A stretch of 33,298 bases of DNA from Catajapyx aquilonaris (lineage: Eukaryota). The notes beneath the pieces are model-generated. The model was not told where the DNA came from, did not search any database, and worked only from the letters and a program-made list of their open reading frames with translations. Every line of letters begins with the position of its first letter. The first letter of the stretch is position 1. The position numbers were made by a program, and so were the translations under genes. Below are positions 1 through 12,100 of this stretch, piece after piece. The stretch is taken from contig JYFJ02004287.1 in NCBI GenBank assembly GCA_000934665.2, positions 1-33,298 on the forward strand. Direction: 5' to 3'.

Positions 1-93
1 CGTTTCCGGACACGGTTTCCTATGTCAAAAATGTTTGTCTTGGTCCCCTCTATTACCCCTAGAAGTTTGTAAAGTTAGGTCGTAAACACCCTG
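1..93. mobile_element. Right end of a Tc1/mariner-like element cut by the window edge
   Basis: Ends in aaacaccctg followed by TA, the same terminus type as the element ending near 18487. Confidence 0.45.
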
Positions 94-663
94 TATAAAA
101 ATTAATAAAAATTAAAATATGGTCACGGTTGCCGTAACTTTCAGGCAAGTCACGGTTCCATTGTAATTCTGTGTAATTACTGTTACCTTGCTGTTACGTA
201 TCAGCTCATCATGGGCGTATGGGCACGTTCATACTAGAGCTAAGATTTGATTTGATAGTTGTACGTTAAAATATCATCTTTACTTTGCCAAATGGGAATT
301 ACTCAATGTATTTCTAATATGTGCATACTGTTTACGAATTGTTGCTTAAGAAAACATTGCACAAGATGTTCTCTGGTTGAATTAAAAATCCCCATTTTCA
401 ATCACCTTTTGAAAATAACAGCTGTCTTGTCTTTTATTTTATTTTGGCCATCACATCTAAACTGGAGCAGAACAATCTTGTAGTGCATGCATAAATACAA
501 ACGTTTTCAATCATCATAGTCTTCCAGTTTTGTAAGCATACAATATAGTGCATTTAACTGAAAATCTCTGCCTGTGAAGCAGACCTTTTCAAACCCCGCG
601 CCCATCGATACTACCGATTTACGATGCGACCGCAACAAAAAAGTCCTGATAGCGACAGAAAGC

Positions 664-3600
664 ATGGCGGGCATGGGTTTTCCCAGACTTGGTTTGAACC
701 TGGGCGGAAACAGGGGCCGGATCAGGCCTCGGTTGTCCCGCGGGCAGCACACGGGGTCCATCGCGACCGCATACAACCCTAGAGAAGTGGAAGAAAAGTG
801 GGGAGGACGATGGGACAGGGGCAGGGTGAGGATGGACCAGCCGTTCAGCATGGTGCTTCCGCCACCAAATATCACTGGGTCTCTACATTTAGGGCATGCA
901 CTCACATGTGCTGTGCAGGACTCGATTGTGAGATGGTAGGTCATACTGTACAGTACATTGGGTCAAAAGTAGAAAGCAAGTATCGCATCGAGTCACTTAC
1001 ACATTGCGGCTGAACTGTCTTTGTACATTGACAGGCAGAGGATGAGTGGGAAGGATGTGGTTTGGGTACCAGGCCTGGACCATGCTGGAATTGCGACGCA
1101 GGCGGTGGTTGAGCAGCAGCTGTTTGGAGAGAGGAAGAGTAGGAAGGACATGGGGAAGGAGGAGTTTCAGAGGCATGTCTGGGAGTGGAAGGAAAAGACG
1201 GCTGAGCGGATCAGAGCGCAGATCAGGAGGGTTGGGGCCACGGTCGACTGGGGACGAGAGAGGTTCACTCTCGATCCGGTTGGTGCCTTGTACAGTTCAT
1301 GAGAGGAAGCTCACTTTTTCACCATTTCCAATTTGACAGCAAATGAGTTTGGCTGTGACGGAAGCTTTTGTCCGACTTCATCAGTCTGGCACCATCTACC
1401 GGGGAGAGGGGATGGTGAACTGGTGCTGTCGCCTCCAGTCAGTCATCTCGGACATTGAAGTGGAGTCCATAGCTATCCAAGGTTCCACCAAAGTTAAAGT
1501 GCCTGGATACAAGTCGGCTGTTGAGTTTGGTCGCATCTACAGGGTGGCCTATCCATTACTAGACGGCAATGAAAAGCTTGTTGTTGCCACCACCAGACCA
1601 GAAACGATGCTGGGAGATGTTGCACTTGCCATCAATCCAAATGACAATCGCTACAAGCACCTGCACGGAAAATCAGTCATGCACCCCTTCCGCAATGTTC
1701 CAATCCCGATTGTGTGTGACGACGCCGTGAAAATCGATTTTGGAACTGGTAAATATGCATTATTCAAATTCAAACAATTGGTGGAATCTTCGTCCCACTG
1801 CCAGTTACTGCTAACTTAGCAGTACCAGTGTCAGGTGCCGTACTGCTAAGTTAGCAGTAACTGGCAGTGGCAGTTGTTAACAAAATTGTTAACAGGTTGT
1901 AACCATTATTCCCACCATTATTACAGGAATTGTGAAAGTCACACCAGCTCATGATCAAAATGATTTTGAGATTGCAAAGCGACATCAACTGCCCTCCGTT
2001 ATTGTAATTGACTCAGAAGGGAAGATCATGTGTTCACCATATCAGGTGAGAATTTTAATCAATAATTTAATTGGATTCAGTTTGCAGTTTTTTAAAATCC
2101 TTGGTCATTGCAGGGTATGAAGCGATTTGATGCTCGTCGGGTGATTCTCGAAAAATTGGGTCAGATGGAATTGTTAATAAGTTGTGAGGATCATGTGATG
2201 AACCTTCCTGTCTGTAGCCGGACGGGTGATGTCATTGAGCCAATGGTTCGCCAACAGTGGTTCATGAAGTGTGATGCCCTGGCTCAATCAGCTGTGAAAG
2301 CAGTACGCGATGGACAACTTCGCTTAAATCCTCGCAACTATGAGAATGTGTGGTTTGAGTGGCTAGAAAACATTCGTGATTGGTGCATCTCGAGGCAGCT
2401 TTGGTGGGGACACAGAGTGCCTGCTTACCAGTACAATAAAGACGGAACGCAACAGTGGGTGGCGGCTTGCAGTGAGGCAGAAGCAAGAGCCAAGGTGGGA
2501 AATCTGGATTTAACGCAGGACGAGGATGTTTTAGACACCTGGTTTTCATCTGCACTTTTTCCATTTGCCGTGTTTGGCTGGCCAAATAAGGTGAGTTTAC
2601 ATGCTCCTAGCCTGTGTAAAAAAAATAGTCATGACTATGTTCTGCAGACTGAAGACTTAAGCAGGTACTATCCCCTTTCACTGATGGAGACAGGAAATGA
2701 CATCCTGTTCTTTTGGGTTGCAAGGATGGTCATGATGGGAATTGCCCTCACAGGACAAGTTCCATTCAAGGTATGAAATTCACTTTACTTCTTTTAATAA
2801 ATCTGTTGCACATGACTCTCAGTAACATTTTCATTGATCATTAGGAGGTGCTACTGCATGGCCTTGTTTGTGACAAGGATGGCCGAAAAATGACCAAATC
2901 GTTGGGAAATGTCATTGATCCTATGGATGTAATTAATGGCTGTTTGGATAAGAAGATCCCTGAGTGTGGAGCCGATGCACTAAGATATTCTCTTTGCTCA
3001 TACGACATTAAGAGTAAGTTATCAGGAGCATTATCGTGACGTTGTTCATAACATTGTAATGAGGGCAATTGCACATAAAGATTCCAAGCTGTTCATCGCC
3101 AATTCTTGCAGGTCAGTTCATAAATGTCAACTTGAACCACATGCACAGCAGCCGCCTTTTCTGCAATAAGATCTGGCAAGCAGTCAGATTTTTAAAGCAA
3201 GCCTCCCCCCAGAATATGACTTGCTCTCTGACCACAGTAGAATCTAGGCTCGATTCGATGGATCGATGGATTTTAAGCCGCGTCTCTGATCTGGTCTCAA
3301 CGGCTGAGAAGTCAATGGCAGAGTACAACTTACACCTGGCAGTCGAGGCTATTCGAAACTTTTTGTACTCAGAGCTTTGTGATGTTTATATCGTACGTGC
3401 CTTGCATGCTTTCTACTCAGCACCATTTAACAATGGTACGTACCTTTTGTAGGAAACAACTAAGCCAAGCATGTACAGGGAAGATGAACAAGTAAAAGTA
3501 GCCAAATGCCAGGTGCTTCTCACATGTCTGGAAACAGGTCTCCGAGTGTTGCATCCCTTCATGCCCAATGTGACCTCTGAACTGATTTCATGTCTGACTG

Positions 3601-4416
3601 AAGCAGAATTGCCCAACATCAGTTACCCACAGAAAGCTGAGGTAACTTTTCAATGCAGTGCTTATGGCCCTAATCCTACGGCTGTTTTCTCTCTGTAGTG
3701 GTCAAAGTGGGATAATATAGAACTGGAGGACCAAGTAAAGCAAATGATGGCTGTAGTCCAATACATCCGTCATCAGAAGGCAATGTATCGAGTCACCAAG
3801 AGCAAACCAAGTGGTAAGAGGTCATTTCCATGTTGTCGTTATTTTGAATAGGACGAAGTGGCACTTGTAATTTGAAATGTGTTTATTTCAAGTGATTGTG
3901 CGGTGCAAATCTATTGATGATGCAAACAGCTTAGTCCGGTTTGAGAATGAAGTGAGAACTCTTAGCCAGTGCTCTGATGTTCAAGTTCAGACAAGTAGTG
4001 ACATCAGTACTGAAGGACACTCCGTGGGGATCCTGAATAGTCGCATCTCTGTCTACATGAACGTCAAGGTAACAATTATTGCATGAGGCTGAATTCAAGT
4101 AAAATTTCCGATTCATCTTCATGTGCATAGGGATTGCTAAATGTGGAGAAGGAGCTCCAAGATCTGGCTCAACAGCAAGATAAGGTTAGCAAGAAGCTCG
4201 ATAAACTTGGAAAAGTCATGTCAGCGGATGGTTACCACCAAGCTCCAGCCAAAGTCCAGATGAACCACAATGTCAAGGTTAGCCACATTAAACTCACTAA
4301 GCTCCAATTATCATGAAACTCATTTATTTTTATTCATACAGAAACAAGCTTTGGTAGAAGAATTAACCAAGCTCAAAGAATGTGCGCGAGCATTTGCATC
4401 ACTCGGATCCAAATAA
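664..4416 (+). CDS. VARS2: Valyl-tRNA synthetase, probably mitochondrial; 13 coding exons
   Basis: GT-AG exons: 664-935, 1035-1278, 1340-1748, 1927-2045, 2114-2590, 2648-2770, 2845-3013, 3112-3392, 3453-3641, 3699-3813, 3893-4068, 4131-4277, 4342-4416. Motifs: [13 protein letters not shown] (HIGH), [11 protein letters not shown], editing domain [11 protein letters not shown] and [34 protein letters not shown], and a C-terminal coiled coil. The Arg-rich, acid-free N-terminus ([26 protein letters not shown]) suggests a mitochondrial presequence. Confidence 0.92.
1780..1870. mobile_element. Hairpin MITE, right end truncated, in VARS2 intron 3
   Basis: Perfect 31-bp inverted repeat (1795-1825 / 1840-1870) with a 14-nt loop. 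The left arm is homologous to the element at 7619-7727. Confidence 0.75.
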
Positions 4417-4547
4417 GTACTGGCACATCAGATTAATAATATAAGGCTAACAAAAAGGACTTGAAGTACTGAAGACATCCAGAATGATTCACAAACAAAT
4501 AAATTACATAATAATGCAACATGTGTCAGTCTCTGAACCATAGGAAA

Positions 4548-7500
4548 CTACTTGAGAGGTTGGATTCCCTGTGCCTTCTTCAACTTTGCTATTTCCCGCT
4601 TGAACTCCTTCATGAGCTTTTTTATCTGCCTGTCCTTTTCCTTGAACTCCTGACACTTTTGCGCCATCAACGCCTGTCAACATAAAAGCCGTTTCAATAA
4701 TATTGTATGATCATCACGTGATTACAGTCAACAAACCATGGATTCCGCTTCCTTCTTAGCCTTGATCTCAAGTACATCCTGCAGTTCTTGCATGGCCTCC
4801 AGCTCCTCCAGGTCAAGCTTTTCCTCCAACTCTTCCAACCTGGAAAAAATGCTCCTAAGTTTTGGAAGAGTGAATGTGGGTAATAGCAAACTTACTGTTT
4901 CGTCTTCTTTTCCTTCTGGTTCGAGAGGTCCTTCAAAGTCCTTGTTTCATTGCGGTGAGTCTCGAGCTCAGTGTCTAACTGGGCAATTCTGGCTTTCCTC
5001 TCCGCTTCCTGGTTAAAATGTTTGATAAATGTTACTCTAAAACAATCGTCTCTGCACTGTTATAAAACTGCATTTGAAGGCCATTATCCGATCATGGATG
5101 GTATGTATCGAAAGGTTAGCAACTTCTGAGTGACTTGTGTACAGTGTCAAGCAAACCAGTAACTGGTACAACGGGATGTGAAGTTGGTAATCCCTTGGTA
5201 AGCATAAGAACTCAGCAATCCTGAGATTCAACACAATTCCCTTCCAAATGAGATTTTATAAACTTACCTCTTCCATGTACTTGGTATAGTCTGCCTGGAG
5301 CTCTTCCTTTGCAGCTTTAGCTTCGTTCTCTGCCGCTTTAATCTTTTCGTGTAGCTGGGATGTTCCCTTGGACCTAGCGTCTACTTGGATCAGTGCCACC
5401 TCTGTCTTCAGCTTCTCCAACTTCTCCTCAAATGCTTTGCATGTTTCCTTGATGTCGTGACACATCATGGCCATCCTCTTTTCCACTGGTAGCTTTACTG
5501 AGGCCATCTCCATCTCATCCAGGGTTAGATTACTGGTAAGGAGATTAATTTGGGATTAATACAAAATGTGCAAAGCAAATGAGTGGAAAGAAAAGACGTC
5601 GGCTCATTAGCAACTACTGAGGACTGATCACAGCTAATTACAGCATGTCAAAAGGATTAAGAGTTCTTGCCCATTGTGAATTAAAAACCACTCACTTGTC
5701 TCCGTCAGCTCCACCTCCAATTTCAGCCATTATCTTAAGCCTCGACAAATGGGCCTGGGTCAGCTTATCCTCAACCTGCTTGGTGAGGCGGTCCACTTGC
5801 TGATCCATGGGCCAGATGAGTTTCTCTACCTCGTTAAGCTCCTCGAATACCCTGGCCTTGTCCAGTTCGAGGCTTTTCCTCATGTCCACTAGCTCTTTCC
5901 TGCTGTACTGCTGGTTGGACAGGTCCTCTTTCAGCGAAGCCTTCTGCTCCTCTACCTCTGACACCTTTTGCTCTGTAGAGGTGGAACAATATGCTGAATC
6001 ACTGGATCTTTTAAAAAACACAAGCATTGCGTGTATCCCCTGCAGCTTGTAAGCAGTTACAAAACTGTTAAGACTGCATTGTGAAATGCTCTGTTCCTTC
6101 ACTAGCTATACCTGCGCAATGAGCACCTAAAACTTTGTGCTACTCACCTATCACTTTGCACTGTTCCCTAGTTCGCTCAATGTCATGAGCCAATGTTGCC
6201 TTATATTCACGCTTCTTGTGAATGTGGCGCCGAAGAGCGTCACGGTCATTCTGCAGAGCAGTCACCCTCTCCTTTAATTTCTGTAGGCAGGTTCAAGTCT
6301 TTATGAGCATATTTAACAGAAGAGAATGGTTTAGTGTACCCTATTTCCCATTAAAAGTTGTATAGTTTTTAAACACCCTGTAGAATCAGATGTCACTCAA
6401 AAGGATCCATTACAAAATATCACACTTTCCTGTGACAGAATTCCAGTTACGGAAGGTAAACTGTGCAGGTCACATTAGTGTCTTGCTAGTTACAAACTGA
6501 GGAGTCCATCACATTATACCTTGACTGTGTCAGTTGATTCCATGTCTTCCACTTGAGCTTTAAGTACTTCAATTTCCTTCAGGTTCTGCTCCAGCATCTC
6601 CTTATCAATTCCATAACGCTTAGCTGTTGAGAAAATCAGTAGTGTATCAGATTGGGACCAGCACCTGAGCAGTGTAAACTGTCAGGAATTCTCTCTGTAA
6701 ATTCATGATTCTCAGGCCAGTCCATGACTAGTCCCACAGACTCCCATTGGCCCAGTTCCAGACAGGGTCGATGGGAGTCCAAATGGCTGCTTAGAGCAGC
6801 CAAAAGAATATGGCCTATACTACAATGCATCAGCAACATCCATGCCGTCTTACCTGCTGCACTTTCGAATTCAGCGTCAAGGGCCTTAGTGTCTTCGCTA
6901 TTCATCCACATCAGGTAGCTCTTGAGGATGTACTCTTGGAGGAGATGCTGAAAACCAAAATGAGAGATGGTGAATTGTTAACAAACGTTTCATGCAGAAG
7001 TGATACCTCATCAATATAAGCATTCGACTCTTCAGTCCTCAGGAACATGCTGTCATCCTCAACATGGACTCCCAACGATAGTTCAGTAATATGCTGAAGC
7101 CACGTGAGAAGACCCAATATGTGGGGCCATGCATGCTGTGTCCCAACTGAAACCACACACATCATGAGTTGAAGCGCTTTGCTTTCTGCATCACCGCCTC
7201 AAAAAAAACTACTTCTGTTTATCAACCTCCTTCCTAGTCTAGCATCTACCAGTATGAATACCAACTGAACCGAACCTTGTATATTCAATGACATATTTTC
7301 ACTGGGATCTGTTTATCAATAATTTCACATTGTTAAAGTTGGAGTTACTAAAATTGGACACATTCTTGAGGAATTTATTTCAAAAGCTCGTTAATAATAA
7401 TGTTGATGTAAAGCTTCTTACCATCATTGATGTAAGACTTGCTTAGGCTGCCAGGGTACTTGAGCAACTTCAAAACTGCCAGGAGATCTTCAGCAAACTT

Positions 7501-8728
7501 CGGGCCAACTTCAAAGTCGAAGTCGTTCATAGACAGCAGTTGCTGCCAAATGAAAGCAAAGACACTAAATCTTAAAATACTGTTAAATATACAGGCAGTC
7601 CCCAGCCTCACAGACTAAGGGTGGAATTTTCGTCGTACCACTAGTTACTTTTAACTTAGCACTACCATTGCATTACACTGGTAGTGCTAAGTTAAAAGTA
7701 ACTAGTGGTACGACGAAAATTCCACCCTAACAATTTAAAATTTCTGAATGTGTAATTCCAAAGATGGCCAGATCATGGCACCTCTTCAGGTCCATCATTC
7801 TACTTACCTGAATTAACAGCTTGAAATCCTTTGCCGAAATATTTGGGATACTCCTTGCAGTGTAGTTGGACTTCAACTGGACGTACCCCAGGAATTCCAT
7901 GAACTGCTTTACGCACTCACTTTGGTAGGCCTTGTCATGAAGAGGACGCTTGTCCTTAACCGGACCCTGCCCACCCAACATGAGGGTTCGGCCAGGGGTT
8001 CGCGGACTGGATTGGAGGGAGGGTAATACAATGTAACAAGTACTGGTTACATTATTAAGATATTAAACCAACCTGGTGGCCCCCAGAGTCATTCTCCTGG
8101 CACTGCTTTGCATTAATTGTGGGGTGCGCATGTCATCCAGAAAATTAGACATGCGGCTCATCTTCCCTTGGAGGGTCTCGCATGATTTGGATCGCCTAGC
8201 TGTGAACTTCTTGGTGGCCGTGCTCGGAGGTCCCACCTTCGGGATGAAGGAGCGTTTTGGCCCACCCTTGCTGGTTCCAGGTTGCTCCTTTCCCTTCCGG
8301 TGCGACTGTGGGCGACTCCTTGCAGACGATTGGGAAGTAGATGCTGCTGCCATTGAATGTGGCCTCTGCCTAGTATGACGAAACATAATTCCAGTCCTGT
8401 CAGTAATTATCTTTATGGATGTAACTTTGTCATTACCTAGCAACAGATATGAAGTACATGCATGGTTATTCTTGGTCGATTCCCCCTCTATTTATTTCTT
8501 TTTTAACTTTTAAGTCGTGGCCAGATTCCATTCAACAGGGTTAAGAGGCAATTAACAAACATTAAAATTTAAATACCCTATTTTAAAATGTGGCATTTAA
8601 AAAATCGAATAGGCGTGGCTATATTTTTTGGCCTGCATTTTATACCTCGGGACGCTGAGTCTGGAGACCGAGGCCACCTGGTCGCCGAACCTCGGTATTC
8701 CAGTGCGTCCAGTGTGCTTGCTGTCCAT
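4548..8728 (-). CDS. NDC80: Kinetochore protein Ndc80/Hec1; 13 coding exons
   Basis: Minus-strand exons: 8728-8646, 8396-8073, 8006-7808, 7542-7422, 7146-7007, 6947-6854, 6623-6520, 6280-6148, 5972-5696, 5532-5268, 5008-4896, 4839-4737, 4673-4548. CH-domain signatures KDKRPLHDKAYQSECVKQFMEFL, SAKDF, LKLLKYP and VGTQHAWPHILGLLTWL follow a basic disordered tail and precede a long coiled coil. Confidence 0.88.
7619..7727. mobile_element. PIF/Harbinger-like foldback MITE in an Ndc80 intron
   Basis: Perfect 49-bp inverted arms (7619-7667 / 7679-7727) with an 11-nt loop, GGG termini, and TAA at 7616-7618 and 7728-7730. Confidence 0.88.
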
Positions 8729-9106
8729 CTTGCTGAGGGGCGGGAGACACCAGGGGCGAGACAAAGGGCAGCTTTTGGGCAGCTTCACCCGGCTTGGCGG
8801 CTTCAACTGACCAAAAATCAAAATCACAAAGGAAGGCCGCTCCTTTTTATAACCGTCGCCGTCGCCAACAATCGTTCCTTATCTGGAACACACACTCACA
8901 TGCTCCAAGTACGCATTTAATGAATCAACCGGCCGCATCTATACACCATAAAATTAATTGATTTTTAAATTAATTAATTTCTGTTGAGTTTTTAATTACG
9001 GTTCGTCGACATTCCGTTTGTCCGGTCGTTAAAATGGCGTCGTTCCTTGTGCCAAACTGGTCGTTCCTTTCGGTGAACCGATTTATAAAAAAAAATTGCA
9101 AAAAAG
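8729..9106. promoter_or_regulatory. Probable bidirectional promoter shared by Ndc80 and POLR1B
   Basis: Only 378 bp separate the two divergent ATGs. The interval is CpG-rich, with minus-strand TCAGTT at 8805-8810 and an AT-rich centre near 8945-9000. Confidence 0.6.
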
Positions 9107-12100
9107 ATGGCGGCGTGGACTGCACCACGCGGAAGGATGGAAGGCCCGTCGTTGAGGAAACTTACCCACAATTTTGGGAATATTGCGGTGCAGCCCAACC
9201 CGGTAAGATCCTGCCGGATGCGGCATCAGGGCATTGGAATAATGGGGCTTGCTTTTTTTCCCCCCTGCAGATTCTGCAGTCTTTGGGCGCACCACATGTG
9301 GAGTCGTTCAACTTCATGCTGGAAAAGGGACTTTACACGGCCATAAAGGACATGGCCCCGGTGGAATTTGCGCTGCCCACTGGAGCCAGGGTCATGCTCT
9401 CACTGCATGTAAGGAGCCTGAACACTTTCAAGATTAAATGACACAAATTGTACATAACTGTCGAAGAGGGATAGACTGTTGTTGTTTTTTTAAACGCTTC
9501 TATCCCACATTATCTTCTACTCTCACAGTCAACATAATTAAGTGCGTGACCTTTTGTTAGAATAGAAATACGACTGATTCTCCGGGTGCAGATTATCCAT
9601 GGATCGCCAAAACATAAAGTTAGAAATAAAAGTCCAAAATGATATGTCTCGTACACAAAGAAATATAACAGGCTTTTTCTAAAAGACAAACTAAAAACTA
9701 AGTTTTATTTTGATTGAACCTTATTTAAATCATCACACACTGCAGTCGTACATTAAAAACCTGCAAGTAGCTCCTTTTTACTTTGTCTAGGACCATTTTT
9801 GGATTATCCGTATTTTCCTATTATCCGGCGACACCCGTGCAGTATTTATCCCAGATAATTGGGAGTGCAGTGTAATAGAATGGAATGATACTTTGTAGGA
9901 TGCAAGGATAAACCGGCCGGCTGTGAGTGCTGGTGCGGTGGGAGTGAAGGAGGTGCGTGTCTTCCCGTCTGAGTGTCGGCAGCGAGGGGTCACCTACAAA
10001 GGGCAGCTGGTGGCTCAGATTATATGGTCTTTGAATGGAATCCCTCAGTCTACAGTTGAGAAGATCTTAGGAGAAATCCCCATAATGGTTAAGGTCAGTT
10101 GAGGTCAGGCCATCAAAGCAGAAAAACTAGCCCAATGATGAATCGCCTTTTTAAAAATATTATCAGAAATCATGTAAATCCTGAGCAAGAGGTTAGTCAA
10201 TGAGTCAACATTTATGATGGCATATTGTGCACAAAAGGTGGCCATTTTTCTTCACAGCCCTCATGAGGATTATGAACTACTTCCTGGGTCCGTGTGAAAG
10301 TTTTTTGCATATATTAACCTAGCTAACAAGCTTGATGTTGACCAGTTGACTAATTTTGGTTATTTTCCAGTCCAAGGGCTGCAATCTGGATGGCCTTTCT
10401 CCAATGGAGTTGGTCTCTCGAGGCGAGCATGAAGATGAGTTTGGTGGCTACTTTATTATAAAAGGCCACGAGAAAATCATGCGTATGCTTATGTCTGTGC
10501 GACGTAACTACCCAGTCGCACTGCAGCGATCAACATGGAAAGCGAGGGGGAAGCTGTTCTCTGAAACTGGGGTTCTGGTCCGATGTGTTCAAGAAGATCA
10601 GACATCTTGTGTAGGACATTTGTCTTCTTTGTGCTCTTTCAATGAACATACTCATGGAGACATGTACTTATTGGCAGGATAATGTGCTGCACTATGTAAA
10701 TGATGGTACAGCCAAGTACATGTTCAGCTACAGAAGAGAGATGTTCTTTGTACCTCTGATGATGGTCCTGAAGGCATTGATGGACGTCACTGACCAGTAT
10801 ATCTACACCCAAATGTTGGCTGGGATGGAGCATGATAAACATTTTGAAAGGTGAGCCACAATGTTTTGCAGTCCCTTTTAAATGTTAGGTCCAGTTGCAC
10901 CACAGCCAGAAAACATGTTGCAATATAAAAATTTGTTGTCTTCTGATGGGGATTTTACATTAAAAATACGTATGTTTTCTGGTTGAGGTGCAAATGGCAC
11001 AGAGCCAAAGGTTATCCCCTGTGTTACTGTACTTTTATCTCCATGATTCTGCCCCATCTTTCAGTTGTATCTCAGAAATGCTCCGCCGACTTCATGAAGA
11101 TGGCCTGCACAACCAAACAGATGTGAAGAACTTCATTGGAAAGACATTCCGCTTCAAACTTCAGACATTGCCGGAGTGGTATACAGATGAGGAGGTGTGC
11201 GATGTTCTGATTCGCCGCTCACTCGCAATCCACCTCAAGAATAATTCTGACAAGTTCAACTTGGTGGTCCTAATGGCACAGAAGCTGTACAGTGTGACGT
11301 CAGGAAAGGCAAGGGTGGAAGGATCCGACTCAGCCATGATGCAGGAGGTGCTTCTGGGAGGATACATATATCTGCAGCTGCTTAAAGACAAGCTGGGTGC
11401 ATGGATGCAGTCAGTCAGATATTCTGTGATGAAGAGGGCAGAGGCAGTAGGCCCATCATTCCACCTTTCACCGGAGGAGATGAAAGGATGTGTCAACCGA
11501 TCCATCAGTTTGGAGCCCATCTTCGAGAGCTTTCTTGCTACTGGGAACATGCCAGTCAGTGCTCATGTCAACATCGTGCAGATGCAAGGTGAAATTGCTT
11601 GGAACAAAGACATGCGTCTGAACCTGACCAGAAAGCTTCATCTTAACGCTGTTGTTATTTCCTATGCAGGGTTGGCCATCATGGCAGAGAACCTCAATCG
11701 CATGAGATATTGCTCGCACTTCAGAGCGGTGCATCGTGGTGCTTATTTTACCACTATGAGGACTACTGAAGCCCGACAGTTGCTGCCTGATGCATGGGGT
11801 GAGTTCTTACGATTTCTTACTATTTATTGGTGGTGTTTACATGATGCATAACAGTGAAATTAATTTTTCCGATACATTTCATTTAGTGAGCAACATGAAA
11901 ATTTTTTACAGGGTTCATCTGCCCGGTGCACACTCCTGATGGTGCTCCCTGTGGTCTCCTGAACCATCTAACTTCTTCCTGTGTGGTAGTGAACAATCGA
12001 GGCAACACCAAGAACCTTCCAAAGGTCCTGGTTGGGTTAGGAATGATCCCACTTCATTCCCCAACATCACATGAAGCCAAGGACTGTTATCCTCTGCTTC

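Noticed and set aside
507..944. 145-aa minus-strand ORF
   Set aside because: Antisense to VARS2 exon 1 with no independent support.
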